Positions 37,099 through 49,836 of a DNA stretch of 64,000 bases are shown in pieces; position 1 is the first letter of the stretch; every line of letters starts with the position of its first letter. Below the pieces are notes generated by a model, which saw nothing but the letters and a program-made list of their open reading frames with translations, made no database searches and was not told the DNA's origin. Where the stretch lies: positions 2,046,001 through 2,110,000 of the forward strand of contig OZ037836.1 of NCBI GenBank assembly GCA_964035575.1. Reading direction: 5' to 3'. The stretch comes from Rhynchopus sp. YZ270_cl-10. Lineage: Eukaryota. The translations under genes were made by a program, and so were the position numbers.

Positions 37099-37853
37099 CA
37101 GTGCTCTCAAGATCCTCCACGTAGGGGAGGATATTTCCTCCAGGGGCTTTTTTTTTTTTTTTCAGGCTTTTTTGGTGGAGGATTTCCTCCACTTTTTTTT
37201 TTTTTTGGCGGGCTCGGGTGGAGGATTATCCTCCTAGGGGTTTTATAGTGGGGGGTCACTTTGTCTCCCCCGAGGGAGCCAATATTTTCCCGAGCCTGTA
37301 TGCACCGTCCAGGGCTGCACCTTAAAAAAAATTTGCTTGCGGCGCCATTTTCATTTTTTGCTACTCAAAAAAAGGGTTCGTTGAGTGATTCTGTAGTGTA
37401 AAAGGAAGCATTTTTACACCGTACCCCAATTTTTTTTCGCCTGCGGCGCCATTTATATTATTTTTTTGCTCCGCAAAAAAATAGTTGGCAATGTCTTTGG
37501 ATACCCTTGTATTTTGCAGCCAAAAAATGCAACGTGACCAAAGCTGCAAAAGTTTTGCCATTTAAAAAAAATTACCCGCCGTTGCATCAGCCCCTGCTTC
37601 TGGAAGACGTATTGGTTTTGTACGGTTCGTGGAGCGTACGGTGCAAGAGAAAGGATTAGATTTCCGTTTTTTGTTATCTCGCAAAATTGACCCGCCTCTC
37701 CGCTCTGCGGCTGTCAGGGAGGCGCGCGCGAAGCGCGCGACGACCGCTTGTTGCGGGGGAAAAATTTTTTTTTGGGGGGTTTTTTTTGCAAAAACGAATC
37801 CTCCTCATTTCGAAAATTCTGCTTTTTTCGTGGAGGATCTTGAGAGAGCCCTG
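37099..37853. mobile_element. MITE family A, uninterrupted copy (inverted relative to 8991)
   Basis: Same TIRs; 7-bp TSD TCGGGAA (37092-37098, 37854-37860). Confidence 0.88.
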
Positions 37854-37948
37854 TCGGGAAAGAAAAATTTTTTTTTTTCGATTTTTTGTGGGCAAAAATT
37901 GGCCGAAAAATTTTTCGCCCCCCCCGGATCCCCCAAAAAAAGTCACCT

Positions 37949-38692
37949 CAGGGTTTCCGCCAAGGGGGACCGGGGGGGACCATGGTCCCCCCCAATATTT
38001 TTCCCAGAAAAATCCGGATTTTTACAGGGGTTTGGGGGGGACCATGGACCCCCCCAAGAAAAATGAGTTTTGGAGGTTGTAGATGACCCCCCGTGGTCAT
38101 GTGACCCCACCGTGCAGAGCATTTGACTCGCTGTGTCAAAAGGAATGGAAGAAAAGGGGATGGCGAACTCTAAAAAAATAAAAAGTAGCGTACCGTGCGC
38201 CTGCGGCGCTGTGTTGCTGGCTCTTTGATGTTGATATTATTGATACCATTGATACTTCCGAGCATTGCCCCTTTTAAAAGGAGGCTGACGAGTACATTCA
38301 CTTTCATTACATGTTCCAACTGCAGCACTGCAATCACTGTGTGGCGCCATACAAGGAAAAAAGCAAATACCATCACCCTCCACTCTCACAAGACCCCTTA
38401 CCTACCTCTACCAGACAACGCGGCTGTGAAGCTTAACACGGCTATCAAACCTGGTGCTAAAAAGCCTGGCGCAAAAAAGTTGTGCCAAAGCTGGCAGAGC
38501 AGACTTGTCTTTGCTGTCAAGAAGGAGACTCCCACGGTTGTCACACCCTTCGCCTCTCCACTCTGTGGCCTGCAGGGAGGCGCGCGCGAAGCGCGCGACG
38601 ACCGCTATTGCGGGGAGAAAAAAATTTTTTTGGGGGGTCTTTTTGATGGTCCCCCCCAATTTCTGAAACCCCAAATCCTGGCGGAAACCCTG
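37949..38692. mobile_element. MITE family B, second copy
   Basis: 14-bp TIR; 5-bp TSD CACCT (37944-37948, 38693-38697). Confidence 0.88.
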
Positions 38693-40166
38693 CACCTATA
38701 AAAAAAAGTTTTTTCCCTTAATCACGCCTAAAATAAAGTCAAAAAAATGTACTTCTAATGTACTTCTAATGTACCCCAAAAACCGGGTTTCGGGCCACAC
38801 CAAAAAAAAACGTTTGTAGAAGAAGGGACCTTGCGAACATTCTTTCGCAGGTGGGTACAAGCTGTCACCGTGGCACTCAGCTACGGTGCAGAAGAGGCAG
38901 TAGGGCAGACCAACTACCAAAGGTGGGGTCTGTGCTAGAGGGAAGGGGTTACGTTTTCAGGGTGGTGCACTGTACGTGAGACAACTGACGTGCGCTGTTG
39001 TTTATTCAGTATCACGAACCTAGGTCATTTGAAAGCATATTCGGGGATGGTACATAGGGACAGGAAGGGCAACCATATGTTAGGGTTTTGTGCATTGCTT
39101 CTTAACTGTGTTCCTTCCCATCCCTCCACCTTTTCACTGTCCTCTTGGTCCATCTTTCCTCTCTGTCCTTTTATAGGGGGTTGCGTGCTACTAAGAACCC
39201 CTGACAGGGGCTGGCATCGTGCGGCCAGTCGGAGGTGCCTGCATAGTCCGTTGCGACAGTGGGTCAGTGATGCACTGTCTGCAGCTGCTCTGCGTGTCTG
39301 TACCCTCCTCCACCTCTCTCCTGCAGTTTAATACCTCTGCTCACCGTGCCCGACCTCCACCACGACCACTCATCCAACACATGTTCAGCAGCGGTTCCGT
39401 TCCGCCTGCGCGGTGCTTTTCTATTGCCCAGAAGTGGTTCGTTTTTTGTGTGCCAAGCCCAATACCCTTGCACCCTCGTGTGAGCGATCTGTCAAAAAGA
39501 AGGCAGACAAACGGTATTTTGAGCAGTTTGTATCACATTCCTGTTTTCCTCCTAAAATGTCAGACACCTTTTTCGATTTGCCACTTTGGCTCAGATCACT
39601 TCTTCAGGTGGAGGCAGTGGGGCTGTGGCTTTGCAAGACAGTGCTTTGTGGTGTGTGGGTTATTTGCACCTTCAAATGCGAGTATCCGTTTTTGAAAAAG
39701 TGACTTTTTGGCTGATGTTGGCTGAGGGTGTGAAATAACCATACCAGGTTCGGCGGGGCTCCGACACCAGAAATATTTTTTTGAAATTATTTTGGGATTG
39801 AAATCAGCGGATCAAAATGAGTTAAGTGCGGGGTCGTAGGCTCAAAAATTTTAATCTGTGGTTTGTTAAGTGAACGAGGTCCAGAGTATAGGCCTAACGA
39901 GATCTTGGCTGATATGTGAATCGCACTGTACTACGTCATTTTGCGAAGACTTCTGTCCTGTTGGTGCGTGGGGTGTCTGCAACGTCTTGTCAATGTACTT
40001 CGTACATGTTCACAATAGCCCCAACTCCCACAGCCCCACCACCAATGCTTTCCTCCACGCACTCCGTGCCTTCTTCCCACCGTGATTGCCTCCTACAGTG
40101 TTCTGATGTCCTCTCCTACTCCCACAACCCCACCACACAACAGAGCAACACAAAAAAGAAGACAAA

Positions 40167-41207
40167 ATGGACGTAACCATCAAGGGGTACGACGACAACT
40201 TGTTCATGATCGAGGTGGGTGTGGATGACACAACGGAGACGATGCGGCAGAAGGTGGCGTCTGCAGTGGGGTTGGCTGAGGACAGCTTCCACATGGGCTT
40301 CGGAGGGAAGGACGAAGGAGAGGACATCACGCAGCTGAGTGCTGGAGACACAATCATCCTGACGCAAAGTATGAAGTTCGAAGCCACACGAGCACTTCAT
40401 GCGTTGGGTGAGTACATCACAGCAGAGAGGCTGAGGACTGTACAGGATCCTGAGGTGGCGTGTTTGCTTCTGCAGGCGGAGGTTGCGACTGTCATTCCGA
40501 ATGCATTCTTGTCGAGTCAATTCATTACGTTAACGAGACTTGATCTGAGCTCTGTGTCATGTGTGACGGAGGTTGGTGATAGGTTTCTGTACGATTGTAC
40601 AACGTTGACAAGCATCGACCTGTCTGGGTTGAGCAATGTGACGCGCATCGGTGGCTACTTTCTCTGTGGCTGCAAAGGTTTAACCACTCTGGATCTTTCA
40701 GCACTCAGCAACTTGACAGCAATCGGTGGAAACTTTCTCCACGATTGCAAAGGTTTAACCAGCCTGGATCTGTCACCACTCAGCAACGTGACAGAAATTA
40801 AGTCCTGTTTTCTTGCCGGTTGCAAAGGCTTAACCACTCTGGATCTTACACCACTCAGCAACTTGACAGAAATCAGTAGAAGGTTTATCTATGGCTGCAA
40901 AGGCTTATCCACTCTGGATCTGTCACCACTCACCAACGTGACAGGGATAAAGTGCGATTTTCTTGCCTACTGCAAAGGCTTAACCACTCTGGATCTTTCA
41001 CCACTCAGCAGGGTTAAGGTTGTTGATTCGCACTTTCTTACGAACTGCACTTCGTTGAAGAGTATTCACCTTACCGGCTGCAGCAGTGCTGTGTCCGACG
41101 CAGTAGTGAAGTGCGAGCTGAGCAAGCTTGTGGTTGAAGCACGTCCGAAACGCAGCAGAGACGAATCCCCCCAGCAAGCACACAAACGGCAGAGACACGC
41201 ACAATGA
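40167..41207 (+). CDS. UBL-LRR protein, family A, 346 aa
   Basis: Paralogue of 12895 with a divergent linker and LRR variable segments. Confidence 0.93.
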   Translation: MDVTIKGYDDNLFMIEVGVDDTTETMRQKVASAVGLAEDSFHMGFGGKDEGEDITQLSAGDTIILTQSMKFEATRALHALGEYITAERLRTVQDPEVACLLLQAEVATVIPNAFLSSQFITLTRLDLSSVSCVTEVGDRFLYDCTTLTSIDLSGLSNVTRIGGYFLCGCKGLTTLDLSALSNLTAIGGNFLHDCKGLTSLDLSPLSNVTEIKSCFLAGCKGLTTLDLTPLSNLTEISRRFIYGCKGLSTLDLSPLTNVTGIKCDFLAYCKGLTTLDLSPLSRVKVVDSHFLTNCTSLKSIHLTGCSSAVSDAVVKCELSKLVVEARPKRSRDESPQQAHKRQRHAQ

Positions 41208-42522
41208 CGATGAGGTGTGCTGGTGGTTTCAGCCTCAGAATTGGCAAGGTTCGCGGTACCAAGTGGTGGCTCACGTTGCCATTTGTGTTTGAGGAAGCCC
41301 GCTGTGTAGCACAGCACCAAAAGCAAAGCAGCTGTGCTGCGGTCAACGAAAGCAGACACGGTGGCAGTTTAGTGAGGACACAAATGTTTGTTTAATGTTC
41401 ATGAGGGTAGCATCGGTTTGTAATGTGGTCCACGTTTTTGTGGGAATTGTCAAGATCTTGATCACAAAGATGAAGATTTGGGCTGTGTGAAATGTTTGTC
41501 TTCTTTGCCTTGTCGGGTGTGTGCACTGTATGTGAAACAACTGTGGATCTGCAGGTACGTGCTCTGATGTTTATTCAGTGTGGTGTGTTGTGGTTTTGTT
41601 ATGTTTTTACGCTTTTCTACGTTTGTAGAAGAAGGGACCTTGCGAACATTCTTTTGCAGGTGGGTACAAGCTGTCACCGTGGCACTCACTTCCCATCTCA
41701 ACAATTCTCCTTCAAAGAAAATACGTTGTTTTATTTTTTTGTTGCATGTATCTTCCAGTCCTGTGGCTGTCTGGAATAACTGGATGCATGCAACCCTGCA
41801 GTGCCATCAGCCATCTTGAGTTCACGAGATTACTGTGAACTCCGCTGCAGTTGCTGTGTTACATTTTACTGTTTCCTCAGTCCGATAACTTTTTTGAAAG
41901 ATATTTGTACGCCCGGATACCTTATTCGGAATAATAAGCATTTTATAATGACACAGACATGCGAACGTGGTAATGTGGAATAAGAGGCGTTCTTGCACTT
42001 TCCCGTTCAGTAGGGAGATGACATGCCCGGACATCCAGGAACAGAGGCAGAGCGAGGCTTTCGCCATTTGATACAGGACTCACAAGCCCTCTTGCAGGAG
42101 TGTCAGCCCCGTTTGCGAATCCGCCCTTTGTGTATTGCGTTTCAGTCTTCTGGATGTTGTTGTGGACATGTTCTCTTTGAAGAAATGGACTGCCGTCTGT
42201 GGCTTCGTCACCATTATTCCCTGTCGCATAGATACCAACTTCGTTATCACTTTTCAACTTTTATGGACACGCTCTGGAATGTGAACCCGTTCCCCAAAGT
42301 CATTCAGACTGCTTGTGTTCACGAGTCAACAAAAAAGAATCCCCAACATATTTCCTGACCACTTTCCATATCCCGTACCCTACCCTACCCTGCCGCACTG
42401 TGCATCGTAGCATCGTCTGGACATGCTACGCACGTTCTGCTAGAAGCTGGACGGTGTCAGCGGACTGTCGTGACACATCGTCACATCACCCACACAGGAA
42501 CTTTTTCATTGTGTCAACAACC

Positions 42523-45500
42523 ATGCTGCGTCTCGCTGTGGCGTTGCTGCTTGCGACGTTTGCAGCAGGATCCGATGCGAAGGTGTTCTACTGGTTCAAG
42601 GCGACGAAGTCCTGGCAGAAGAGCCGTGGCAAGGAAAGCGGGAGGGAGGAGTACACCATGAAAGGATGGGTGAAGGTGGATAACGGAGTGAAAAAGGATC
42701 TTGGCTGTATCAAGTGCGACTCGTACTCCTCGTGCACAAAGACAGGAACATGGGCTTCATCCGGTACACAGAGCTTGTCCGGTGCTCTGAGGATGAGAAC
42801 CTACCTCGATGCGTGGGAGGATGACAACGGTTCGAGGTGCTCCTTCAAAAAAGGATGGTGGATCAACGACGATGACGACCGCTGTCGTGAGGAGTGCAGC
42901 ATCAACATGAAGTCTTACGCAATGGGCAGAACACACACATACAGGTGCAAGGACAACAAAGGTAAGGCCTATCTTGAGGTGCAGTTCCGTTGGTGGCCAG
43001 ACACCACTGCTGCACCGGACACACCCGCACCACCGACAAGGGCCCCACGTACACGGGCCCCACCTACACGGGCCCCACGGACACGGTCCCCACCGACACC
43101 GTCACCACCGACTCCGAGTCCTCCGACACCAGCACCACCCACTCCAAGTCCTGCAACACCATCACCACCGACTCCAAGTCCTCCGACACCTTCGCCACCG
43201 ACTCCGAGTCCTCCAACACCATCTCCACCGACTCCAAGTCCTCCAACCCCGTCGCCACCGACACCAGCACCACCGACTCCCAGTCCACCTACTCCGAGTC
43301 CTCCAACCCCGTCGCCACCGACACCATCACCACCGACTCCAAGTCCTCCGACACCATCACCACCCACTCCGAGTCCTCCGACACCTTCGCCACCGACACC
43401 GTCACCACCGACTCCGAGTCCTCCAACACCATCACCACCGACTCCGAGTCCTCCAACACCATCACCACCGACTCCAAGTCCTCCGACACCTTCGCCACCG
43501 ACACCGTCACCACCGACTCCGTCGCCACCCACTCCAAGTCCTCCAACACCATCTCCACTGACTCCAAGTCCACCGACTCCGTCGCCACCGACACCGTCAC
43601 CACCGACTCCGAGTCCTCCAACACCATCACCACCGACTCCAAGTCCTCCGACACCTTCGCCACCGACACCGTCACCACCGACTCCGTCGCCACCCACTCC
43701 AAGTCCTCCAACACCATCTCCACCGACTCCAAGTCCACCGACTCCGTCGCCACCGACACCGTCACCACCGACTCCGAGTCCTCCAACACCATCTCCACCG
43801 ACTCCAAGTCCACCGACTCCGTCGCCACCCACTCCGAGTCCTCCAACCCCGTCGCCACCGACACCAGCACCACCGACTCCGAGTCCTCCAACACCATCTC
43901 CACCGACTCCAAGTCCACCGACTCCGTCGCCACCCACTCCGAGTCCTCCAACCCCGTCGCCACCGACACCGTCACCACCGACTCCGAGTCCTCCAACACC
44001 ATCTCCACCGACTCCAAGTCCACCGACTCCGTCGCCACCGACACCGTCACCACCGACTCCGAGTCCTCCAACACCATCTCCACCGACTCCAAGTCCACCG
44101 ACTCCGTCGCCACCCACTCCGAGTCCTCCAACCCCGTCGCCACCGACACCATCTCCACCGACTCCCAGTCCACCGACTCCGAGTCCTCCAACCCCGTCGC
44201 CACCGACACCGTCACCACCGACTCCGTCGCCACCGACTCCGAGTCCTCCAACACCATCTCCACCGACTCCAAGTCCACCGACTCCGTCGCCACCCACTCC
44301 GAGTCCTCCAACCCCGTCGCCACCGACACCAGCACCACCGACTCCGAGTCCTCCAACACCATCTCCACCGACTCCAAGTCCTCCAACCCCGTCGCCACCG
44401 ACACCATCACCACCGACTCCGTCACCACCCACTCCAAGTCCTCCAACACCGTCACCACCCACTCCGAGTCCTCCAACCCCGTCGCCACCGACACCAGCAC
44501 CACCGACTCCCAGTCCACCGACTCCGAGTCCTCCGACACCTTCGCCACCGACACCGTCACCACCGACTCCGAGTCCTCCAACACCATCTCCACCGACTCC
44601 AAGTCCTCCAACCCCGTCGCCACCGACACCAGCACCACCGACTCCCAGTCCACCGACTCCGAGTCCTCCGACACCTTCGCCACCGACACCGTCACCACCG
44701 ACTCCGAGTCCTCCAACACCATCTCCACCGACTCCAAGTCCTCCAACCCCGTCGCCACCGACACCAGCACCACCGACTCCCAGTCCACCGACTCCGAGTC
44801 CTCCGACACCTTCGCCACCGACAACGTCACCACCGACTCCGAGTCCTCCAACACCATCTCCACCGACTCCAAGTCCTCCAACCCCGTCGCCACCGACACC
44901 GTCACCACCGACACCGTCACCACCGACTCCGAGTCCTCCAACACCATCTCCACCGACTCCAAGTCCACCGACTCCGTCGCCACCCACTCCGAGTCCTCCA
45001 ACCCCGTCGCCACCGACCCCAGCACCACCGACTCCAAGTCCTCCAACACCGTCGCCACCTACTCCAAGTCCTCCGACACCATCACCACCGACTCCAAGTC
45101 CTCCGACACCATCACCACCGACTCCAAGTCCTCCAACACCATCACCACCGACTCCGAGTCCTCCAACACCATCTCCACCGACTCCAAGTCCTCCAACCCC
45201 GTCGCCACCGACACCATCACCACCGACTCCGTCACCACCCACTCCAAGTCCTCCAACACCGTCACCACCCACTCCGAGTCCTCCAACCCCGTCGCCACCG
45301 ACACCAGCACCACCGACTCCCAGTCCACCGACTCCGAGTCCTCCAACCCCGTCGCCACCGACACCATCTCCACCGACTCCAAGTCCTCCGACACCTTCGC
45401 CACCGACACCGTCACCACCGACTCCGAGTCCTCCAACACCATCTCCACCGACTCCAAGTCCTCCAACCCCGTCGCCACCGACACCAGCACCACCGACTCC

Positions 45501-48500
45501 CAGTCCACCGACTCCGAGTCCTCCAACCCCGTCGCCACCGACCCCAGCACCACCGACTCCAAGTCCTCCAACACCGTCGCCACCTACTCCAAGTCCTCCG
45601 ACACCATCACCACCGACTCCAAGTCCTCCAACACCATCACCACCGACTCCAAGTCCTCCGACACCATCACCACCGACTCCGAGTCCTCCAACCCCGTCGC
45701 CACCGACACCAGCACCACCGACTCCAAGTCCTCCGACAACATCACCACCGACTCCAAGTCCTCCGACACCGTCACCACCGACTCCAAGTCCTCCGACACC
45801 ATCACCACCGACTCCAAGTCCTCCAACACCATCACCACCGACTACAAGTCCTCCGACACCATCACCACCGACTCCATGTCCTCCGACACCGTCACCACCG
45901 ACTCCAAGTCCTCCGACAACATCACCACCGACTCCAAGTCCTCCGACACCGTCACCACCGACTCCAAGTCCTCCGACACCGTCACCACCGACTCCAAGTC
46001 CTCCGACACCATCACCACCGACTCCAAGTCCTCCAACACCATCACCACCGACTACAAGTCCTCCGACACCATCACCACCGACTCCAAGTCCTCCGACACC
46101 ATCACCACCGACTCCAAGTCCTCCGACACCATCACCACCGAATCCAAGTCCTCCGACACCAGCACCACCGACTCCAAGTCCTCCGACACCATCACCACCG
46201 ACTCCAAGTCCTCCGACACCATCACCACCGACTCCGAGTCCTCCAACCCCGTCGCCACCGACACCAGCACCACCGACTCCCAGTCCACCGACTCCGAGTC
46301 CTCGAACCCCGTCGCCACCGACACCATCTCCACCGACTCCAAGTCCTCCGACACCTTCGCCACCGACACCGTCACCACCGACTCCGAGTCCTCCAACACC
46401 ATCTCCACCGACTCCAAGTCCTCCAACCCCGTCGCCACCGACACCAGCACCACCGACTCCGAGTCCTCCAACACCGTCGCCACCGACACCATCACCACCG
46501 ACTCCGAGTCCTCCAACACCGTCGCCACCTACTCCAAGTCCTCCGACACCATCACCACCGACTCCAAGTCCACCGACTCCCAGTCCACCGACTCCGAGTC
46601 CTCCAACACCGTCGCCACCTACTCCAAGTCCTCCGACACCATCACCACCGACTCCAAGTCCACCAACTCCTTCACCGCCGACACCGTCACCACCGACTCC
46701 GAGTCCACCTACTCCCAGTCCACCGACACTATCACCACCGACTCCGGGTACGCCCACTACTTCCCCTGTGTCACCATCACCGCTGACACCAAGTCCACCT
46801 ACCTCCAGTCCAGCGACACCTTCAATGCTTACACGGTCACCATTGACGTTGCCACCTGTAACACCGTCACCCCCAACATCGGTTCCTGTCACGCCTTCAC
46901 CACCCTCAATTACTCCTGTAGTGCTTTTTCCTGACACACGGGTGCCGGTGACGCTGTCACCCAGCACATTGGAACCTGTCATGCCATCGCCAGCAACATT
47001 TGCCCCTGGAACACTTTCACCTCCCACACTAGCACCTGTAACAGCATCGACACCAACATTTTCACCTGTCACATGGTCACCTCCTACACCTTCACCTGTG
47101 ATAGTGTCTCCACCAACATTCGCACCTGTAACGTTTTCTCCTCCGACACATGCTCTTGTAACCGTATCCCCTCTCACAACTTCACCACTGACTACGGCAC
47201 CGTCAGAGACTCCTTTGCCGAGCACAGAGGCTCCGGGAACATCGATACCGTTGCTTTCGACGTCGCCGCTGACGTCTCCCCCTTCTGCACCTGCCACAGG
47301 ATCCCCAGACACATTTGCTCCTGGAACAGCGGTACCCATCACATCAGACCCGGCAACAGGTGTGCCCGACACACTGACATCTGTGGTAGCCTCATCCACT
47401 GCACCAGAGACACAAGCGCCATCAACACAGGTGCCCACGTTTCAAGGCACAATGACCCCAGTCGCAGTAATCACATTCCAGCCACCAACCGAAGCCAGTT
47501 CTGCGTCGCCGATAACTGCAAGCCCGATAACAGGCACCCCCGACACGCTGGCGCCTGCAACTGGAGACACACAAGCTCCGTCTGTGACACGAGTACCGAG
47601 GTTGCCACGCACGATGGTGCCGAATCCAGTCCTGGTGACGTTCCAGCCGCCCACAGACGCCGCTTCTGTGCAGGAGACGACAACACCTGGCACGCTTACG
47701 TTCAGCCCAACGACGGTCTCGCCAGACACGACTGCACCTGGCACGCTTACGTTCAGCCCAACGACGGTCTCGCCAGACACGACTGCACCGATTGCAGCAG
47801 GTGACAGGACGTTTTCGCCTATTGTGCCGGCGACATTTGGACCAGATCGCGGCACAGCAACACAAGGGCTGCTTGTGGAGTGTCCTGTGGGGGCAACGGC
47901 TTCTGACATGCGCAGTCATGCTGTGACGGTGAACGTGTGGCACGGGTCTGGCACTGCTGTGGACACAGAGGTGGCTGTGGCAAGCACTGCAGGGGAGAAG
48001 GAGTACCTGGGCATATGGGCGTCAAAGCAAGACGGCTTTGTGCAGTCGAGTGCACACCCGACACACGCAGGGGGGCAGCAGCTGCGTATGGGGAATGCAC
48101 ACTACTCCGGCAGTGGGAGCGAGACGCTGGAGCTGCAGGTGACGGACAAGAACACCCTGGAGACGGCGTCCTGCACAGTGTCCGTGTCTGCGGTGGCGGC
48201 AGCTGCTGTGCAGCAGTCTGCTGTGGCAGAGACGACACCTGCGATTGGTGTGGTGAGTGTCAGCTCAGCAGCGTCGGGGTCCACACTAGGCCTGGTGGGC
48301 ACGCCGCAGTGCGGTGTGAAGGCAGACCTGCCCTTTGGTGTGCACCCACTTCAGTTCGAGCTTGACGGAAGCCAGCACCTGGGAGCTGTGGCAGGGAACA
48401 CAGTCAGCATGGTGGTGCTTGCAGGGCTTGCGTACAGTGTGTCGTGGGTGGTGGGGACACAGACAAAGTCAGTCTTCCTGCAGCAGCTGCTGGCGTATCA

Positions 48501-49836
48501 GGGGTTCACAGCGTTCCCGTCTGTGCTCCTGTACTTCTTTGTGTTCCTGTACCAAGGAACGGTGTACGCGTCACAGCACCTTGTCGTCTACCCTAAGACG
48601 CTTGCGCACTTCCTCGGGGGACTTGCAGGCGTGATTGCGTGCGTTGCCGTGCCGGTGTGGGTCGGGTGGAAGATACGGCGCTCTGTGGCGTGGCGAGCGA
48701 CCTACACTCCAGAGTCTGCGGAGGGGCCTGGTGTGGTGCGACTGTTCTTCCTCGGCAAGGGCGAGTGGGTGCCGACGGAGCGCGACGACCGCTTCAACAG
48801 TCGCTTCATGTCGATGCTGAAGCCGTACGGGGAGGAGACGTGCTGGTTTGTGGTGTTTTTCTTCCTGCTGATGTTCGCGGTCGGTGCACTGACAGTGCCG
48901 GACACAACAGACTTCATTGAGTGCGGGCACCTGCGCATGGGGATGGCAGTGCTGTTTGCTGTGATGGCGCTGTTTGTGGGGTGGCTGCGGCCGTACTGCC
49001 GTGTGCGCGACAACGCGCTGTACGTGGTGCTGTACTCTGTGGCTGCAGTGGCAATGGTGATGCAGGGCCTGGGCTACTACAATGAAGACCTGGACGACCC
49101 GAAGTTCACACTCGCAATGAACATTCTGACAGTTGCGTTGGCGTTGGTGATTGTGAAGGCAGTAGCGGACCTGCTCTGCGATGTGTACGTTGTGTGGACA
49201 GCACGTCGCCGCCTTCTGCAGGAGGCACTGTGGGCGAAGCAGGACGCATCACGTGTGTCTGCACGTGAGATAGACCAGCAGGGCTACCTGTCTGTGTTTG
49301 GCGAGTTGTCTGTTGCAGACACGCAGACGAAGCAGCTGCCGCCACTTCCGTCTCCGCCACCACGTGGTGGAGGCATGTTCACAGAGTTTGGTCTTCCATC
49401 CGAGACGAGCCCTCAGTACTTTGACGACGTGGGGGACGTGGAGTCGAACCCAAGCAGCCCTGTGCAGGATGTGCCACAGTCGTATGCCCACTCGCCACTG
49501 GGCGTGTCGAGTGGGCCGTTCCCCACGAAGTCCCTGCCAAGTGAGGATGTGGTGCACGTCACACCTGTGCGGCGTTCGGCAGGTGTCTCGCTCTTCAACG
49601 AACCTCCTGCGCAGCCGATGGGGTTGCTGGCGTTTGAGGCTGGCGGTCTGGGGTTCTCGCTGTCGGGACCTAGCTCGGTGCTCGCACCCACGTCGCCTGC
49701 ACAGGAGCCACCTCCTTCGGACGCGAGCCTGAGTGGAGTGTCGTTGAGTGACAACAACGTTGGGACGTCCACCTCTTCGAAGCCCTCGTGGGGCAAAGGA
49801 GCGCCACTGACGGAGGACTACGTCTCGCATGTGTGA
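42523..49836 (+). CDS. Large surface glycoprotein: signal peptide, Cys-rich head, ~240 PPTPS extensin-like repeats, S/T/P stalk, multi-pass TM domain, cytosolic tail (~2437 aa)
   Basis: ATG at 42523 after a CAG acceptor, followed by hydrophobic [19 protein letters not shown]; 7 or more hydrophobic segments at ~48380-49200. Confidence 0.9.
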   Translation: MLRLAVALLLATFAAGSDAKVFYWFKATKSWQKSRGKESGREEYTMKGWVKVDNGVKKDLGCIKCDSYSSCTKTGTWASSGTQSLSGALRMRTYLDAWEDDNGSRCSFKKGWWINDDDDRCREECSINMKSYAMGRTHTYRCKDNKGKAYLEVQFRWWPDTTAAPDTPAPPTRAPRTRAPPTRAPRTRSPPTPSPPTPSPPTPAPPTPSPATPSPPTPSPPTPSPPTPSPPTPSPPTPSPPTPSPPTPAPPTPSPPTPSPPTPSPPTPSPPTPSPPTPSPPTPSPPTPSPPTPSPPTPSPPTPSPPTPSPPTPSPPTPSPPTPSPPTPSPPTPSPPTPSPPTPSPLTPSPPTPSPPTPSPPTPSPPTPSPPTPSPPTPSPPTPSPPTPSPPTPSPPTPSPPTPSPPTPSPPTPSPPTPSPPTPSPPTPSPPTPSPPTPSPPTPSPPTPAPPTPSPPTPSPPTPSPPTPSPPTPSPPTPSPPTPSPPTPSPPTPSPPTPSPPTPSPPTPSPPTPSPPTPSPPTPSPPTPSPPTPSPPTPSPPTPSPPTPSPPTPSPPTPSPPTPSPPTPSPPTPSPPTPSPPTPSPPTPSPPTPSPPTPSPPTPAPPTPSPPTPSPPTPSPPTPSPPTPSPPTPSPPTPSPPTPSPPTPSPPTPSPPTPAPPTPSPPTPSPPTPSPPTPSPPTPSPPTPSPPTPSPPTPSPPTPAPPTPSPPTPSPPTPSPPTPSPPTPSPPTPSPPTPSPPTPSPPTPAPPTPSPPTPSPPTPSPPTTSPPTPSPPTPSPPTPSPPTPSPPTPSPPTPSPPTPSPPTPSPPTPSPPTPSPPTPSPPTPSPPTPAPPTPSPPTPSPPTPSPPTPSPPTPSPPTPSPPTPSPPTPSPPTPSPPTPSPPTPSPPTPSPPTPSPPTPSPPTPSPPTPSPPTPSPPTPSPPTPAPPTPSPPTPSPPTPSPPTPSPPTPSPPTPSPPTPSPPTPSPPTPSPPTPSPPTPSPPTPAPPTPSPPTPSPPTPSPPTPAPPTPSPPTPSPPTPSPPTPSPPTPSPPTPSPPTPSPPTPSPPTPSPPTPSPPTPAPPTPSPPTTSPPTPSPPTPSPPTPSPPTPSPPTPSPPTPSPPTTSPPTPSPPTPCPPTPSPPTPSPPTTSPPTPSPPTPSPPTPSPPTPSPPTPSPPTPSPPTPSPPTPSPPTTSPPTPSPPTPSPPTPSPPTPSPPTPSPPNPSPPTPAPPTPSPPTPSPPTPSPPTPSPPTPSPPTPSPPTPAPPTPSPPTPSPRTPSPPTPSPPTPSPPTPSPPTPSPPTPSPPTPSPPTPSPPTPSPPTPAPPTPSPPTPSPPTPSPPTPSPPTPSPPTPSPPTPSPPTPSPPTPSPPTPSPPTPSPPTPSPPTPSPPTPSPPTPSPPTPSPPTPSPPTPSPPTLSPPTPGTPTTSPVSPSPLTPSPPTSSPATPSMLTRSPLTLPPVTPSPPTSVPVTPSPPSITPVVLFPDTRVPVTLSPSTLEPVMPSPATFAPGTLSPPTLAPVTASTPTFSPVTWSPPTPSPVIVSPPTFAPVTFSPPTHALVTVSPLTTSPLTTAPSETPLPSTEAPGTSIPLLSTSPLTSPPSAPATGSPDTFAPGTAVPITSDPATGVPDTLTSVVASSTAPETQAPSTQVPTFQGTMTPVAVITFQPPTEASSASPITASPITGTPDTLAPATGDTQAPSVTRVPRLPRTMVPNPVLVTFQPPTDAASVQETTTPGTLTFSPTTVSPDTTAPGTLTFSPTTVSPDTTAPIAAGDRTFSPIVPATFGPDRGTATQGLLVECPVGATASDMRSHAVTVNVWHGSGTAVDTEVAVASTAGEKEYLGIWASKQDGFVQSSAHPTHAGGQQLRMGNAHYSGSGSETLELQVTDKNTLETASCTVSVSAVAAAAVQQSAVAETTPAIGVVSVSSAASGSTLGLVGTPQCGVKADLPFGVHPLQFELDGSQHLGAVAGNTVSMVVLAGLAYSVSWVVGTQTKSVFLQQLLAYQGFTAFPSVLLYFFVFLYQGTVYASQHLVVYPKTLAHFLGGLAGVIACVAVPVWVGWKIRRSVAWRATYTPESAEGPGVVRLFFLGKGEWVPTERDDRFNSRFMSMLKPYGEETCWFVVFFFLLMFAVGALTVPDTTDFIECGHLRMGMAVLFAVMALFVGWLRPYCRVRDNALYVVLYSVAAVAMVMQGLGYYNEDLDDPKFTLAMNILTVALALVIVKAVADLLCDVYVVWTARRRLLQEALWAKQDASRVSAREIDQQGYLSVFGELSVADTQTKQLPPLPSPPPRGGGMFTEFGLPSETSPQYFDDVGDVESNPSSPVQDVPQSYAHSPLGVSSGPFPTKSLPSEDVVHVTPVRRSAGVSLFNEPPAQPMGLLAFEAGGLGFSLSGPSSVLAPTSPAQEPPPSDASLSGVSLSDNNVGTSTSSKPSWGKGAPLTEDYVSHV
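43081..46746 (+). repeat. Coding 15-bp tandem repeat (TPSPP)n
   Basis: Unit ACNCCN(TCN/AGT)CCNCCN with extensive synonymous variation. Confidence 0.98.

Larger units (their letters stand above)
36309..38802. mobile_element. Family-E-related TIR element hosting MITE A and MITE B
   Basis: TIR TGGTGTGGCCCG / CGGGCCACACCA; subterminal direct repeat AAAATAAAGTCAAAAAAATGTACTTCTAATGTA at both ends; paralogous empty site at ~41601-41640; no clear TSD. Confidence 0.7.

Noticed and set aside
42313..42522. N-terminal extensions of the ORFs at 42313, 53564 and 55911
   Set aside because: Non-ATG starts upstream of the splice-acceptor tract; the signal peptide or paralogues fix the starts at 42523, 53927 and 56067
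42969..47438. 1489-aa antisense ORF and 1314-aa alternate-frame ORF
   Set aside because: Stop-free shadows of the 15-bp coding repeat; third-position variation follows the PPTPS frame
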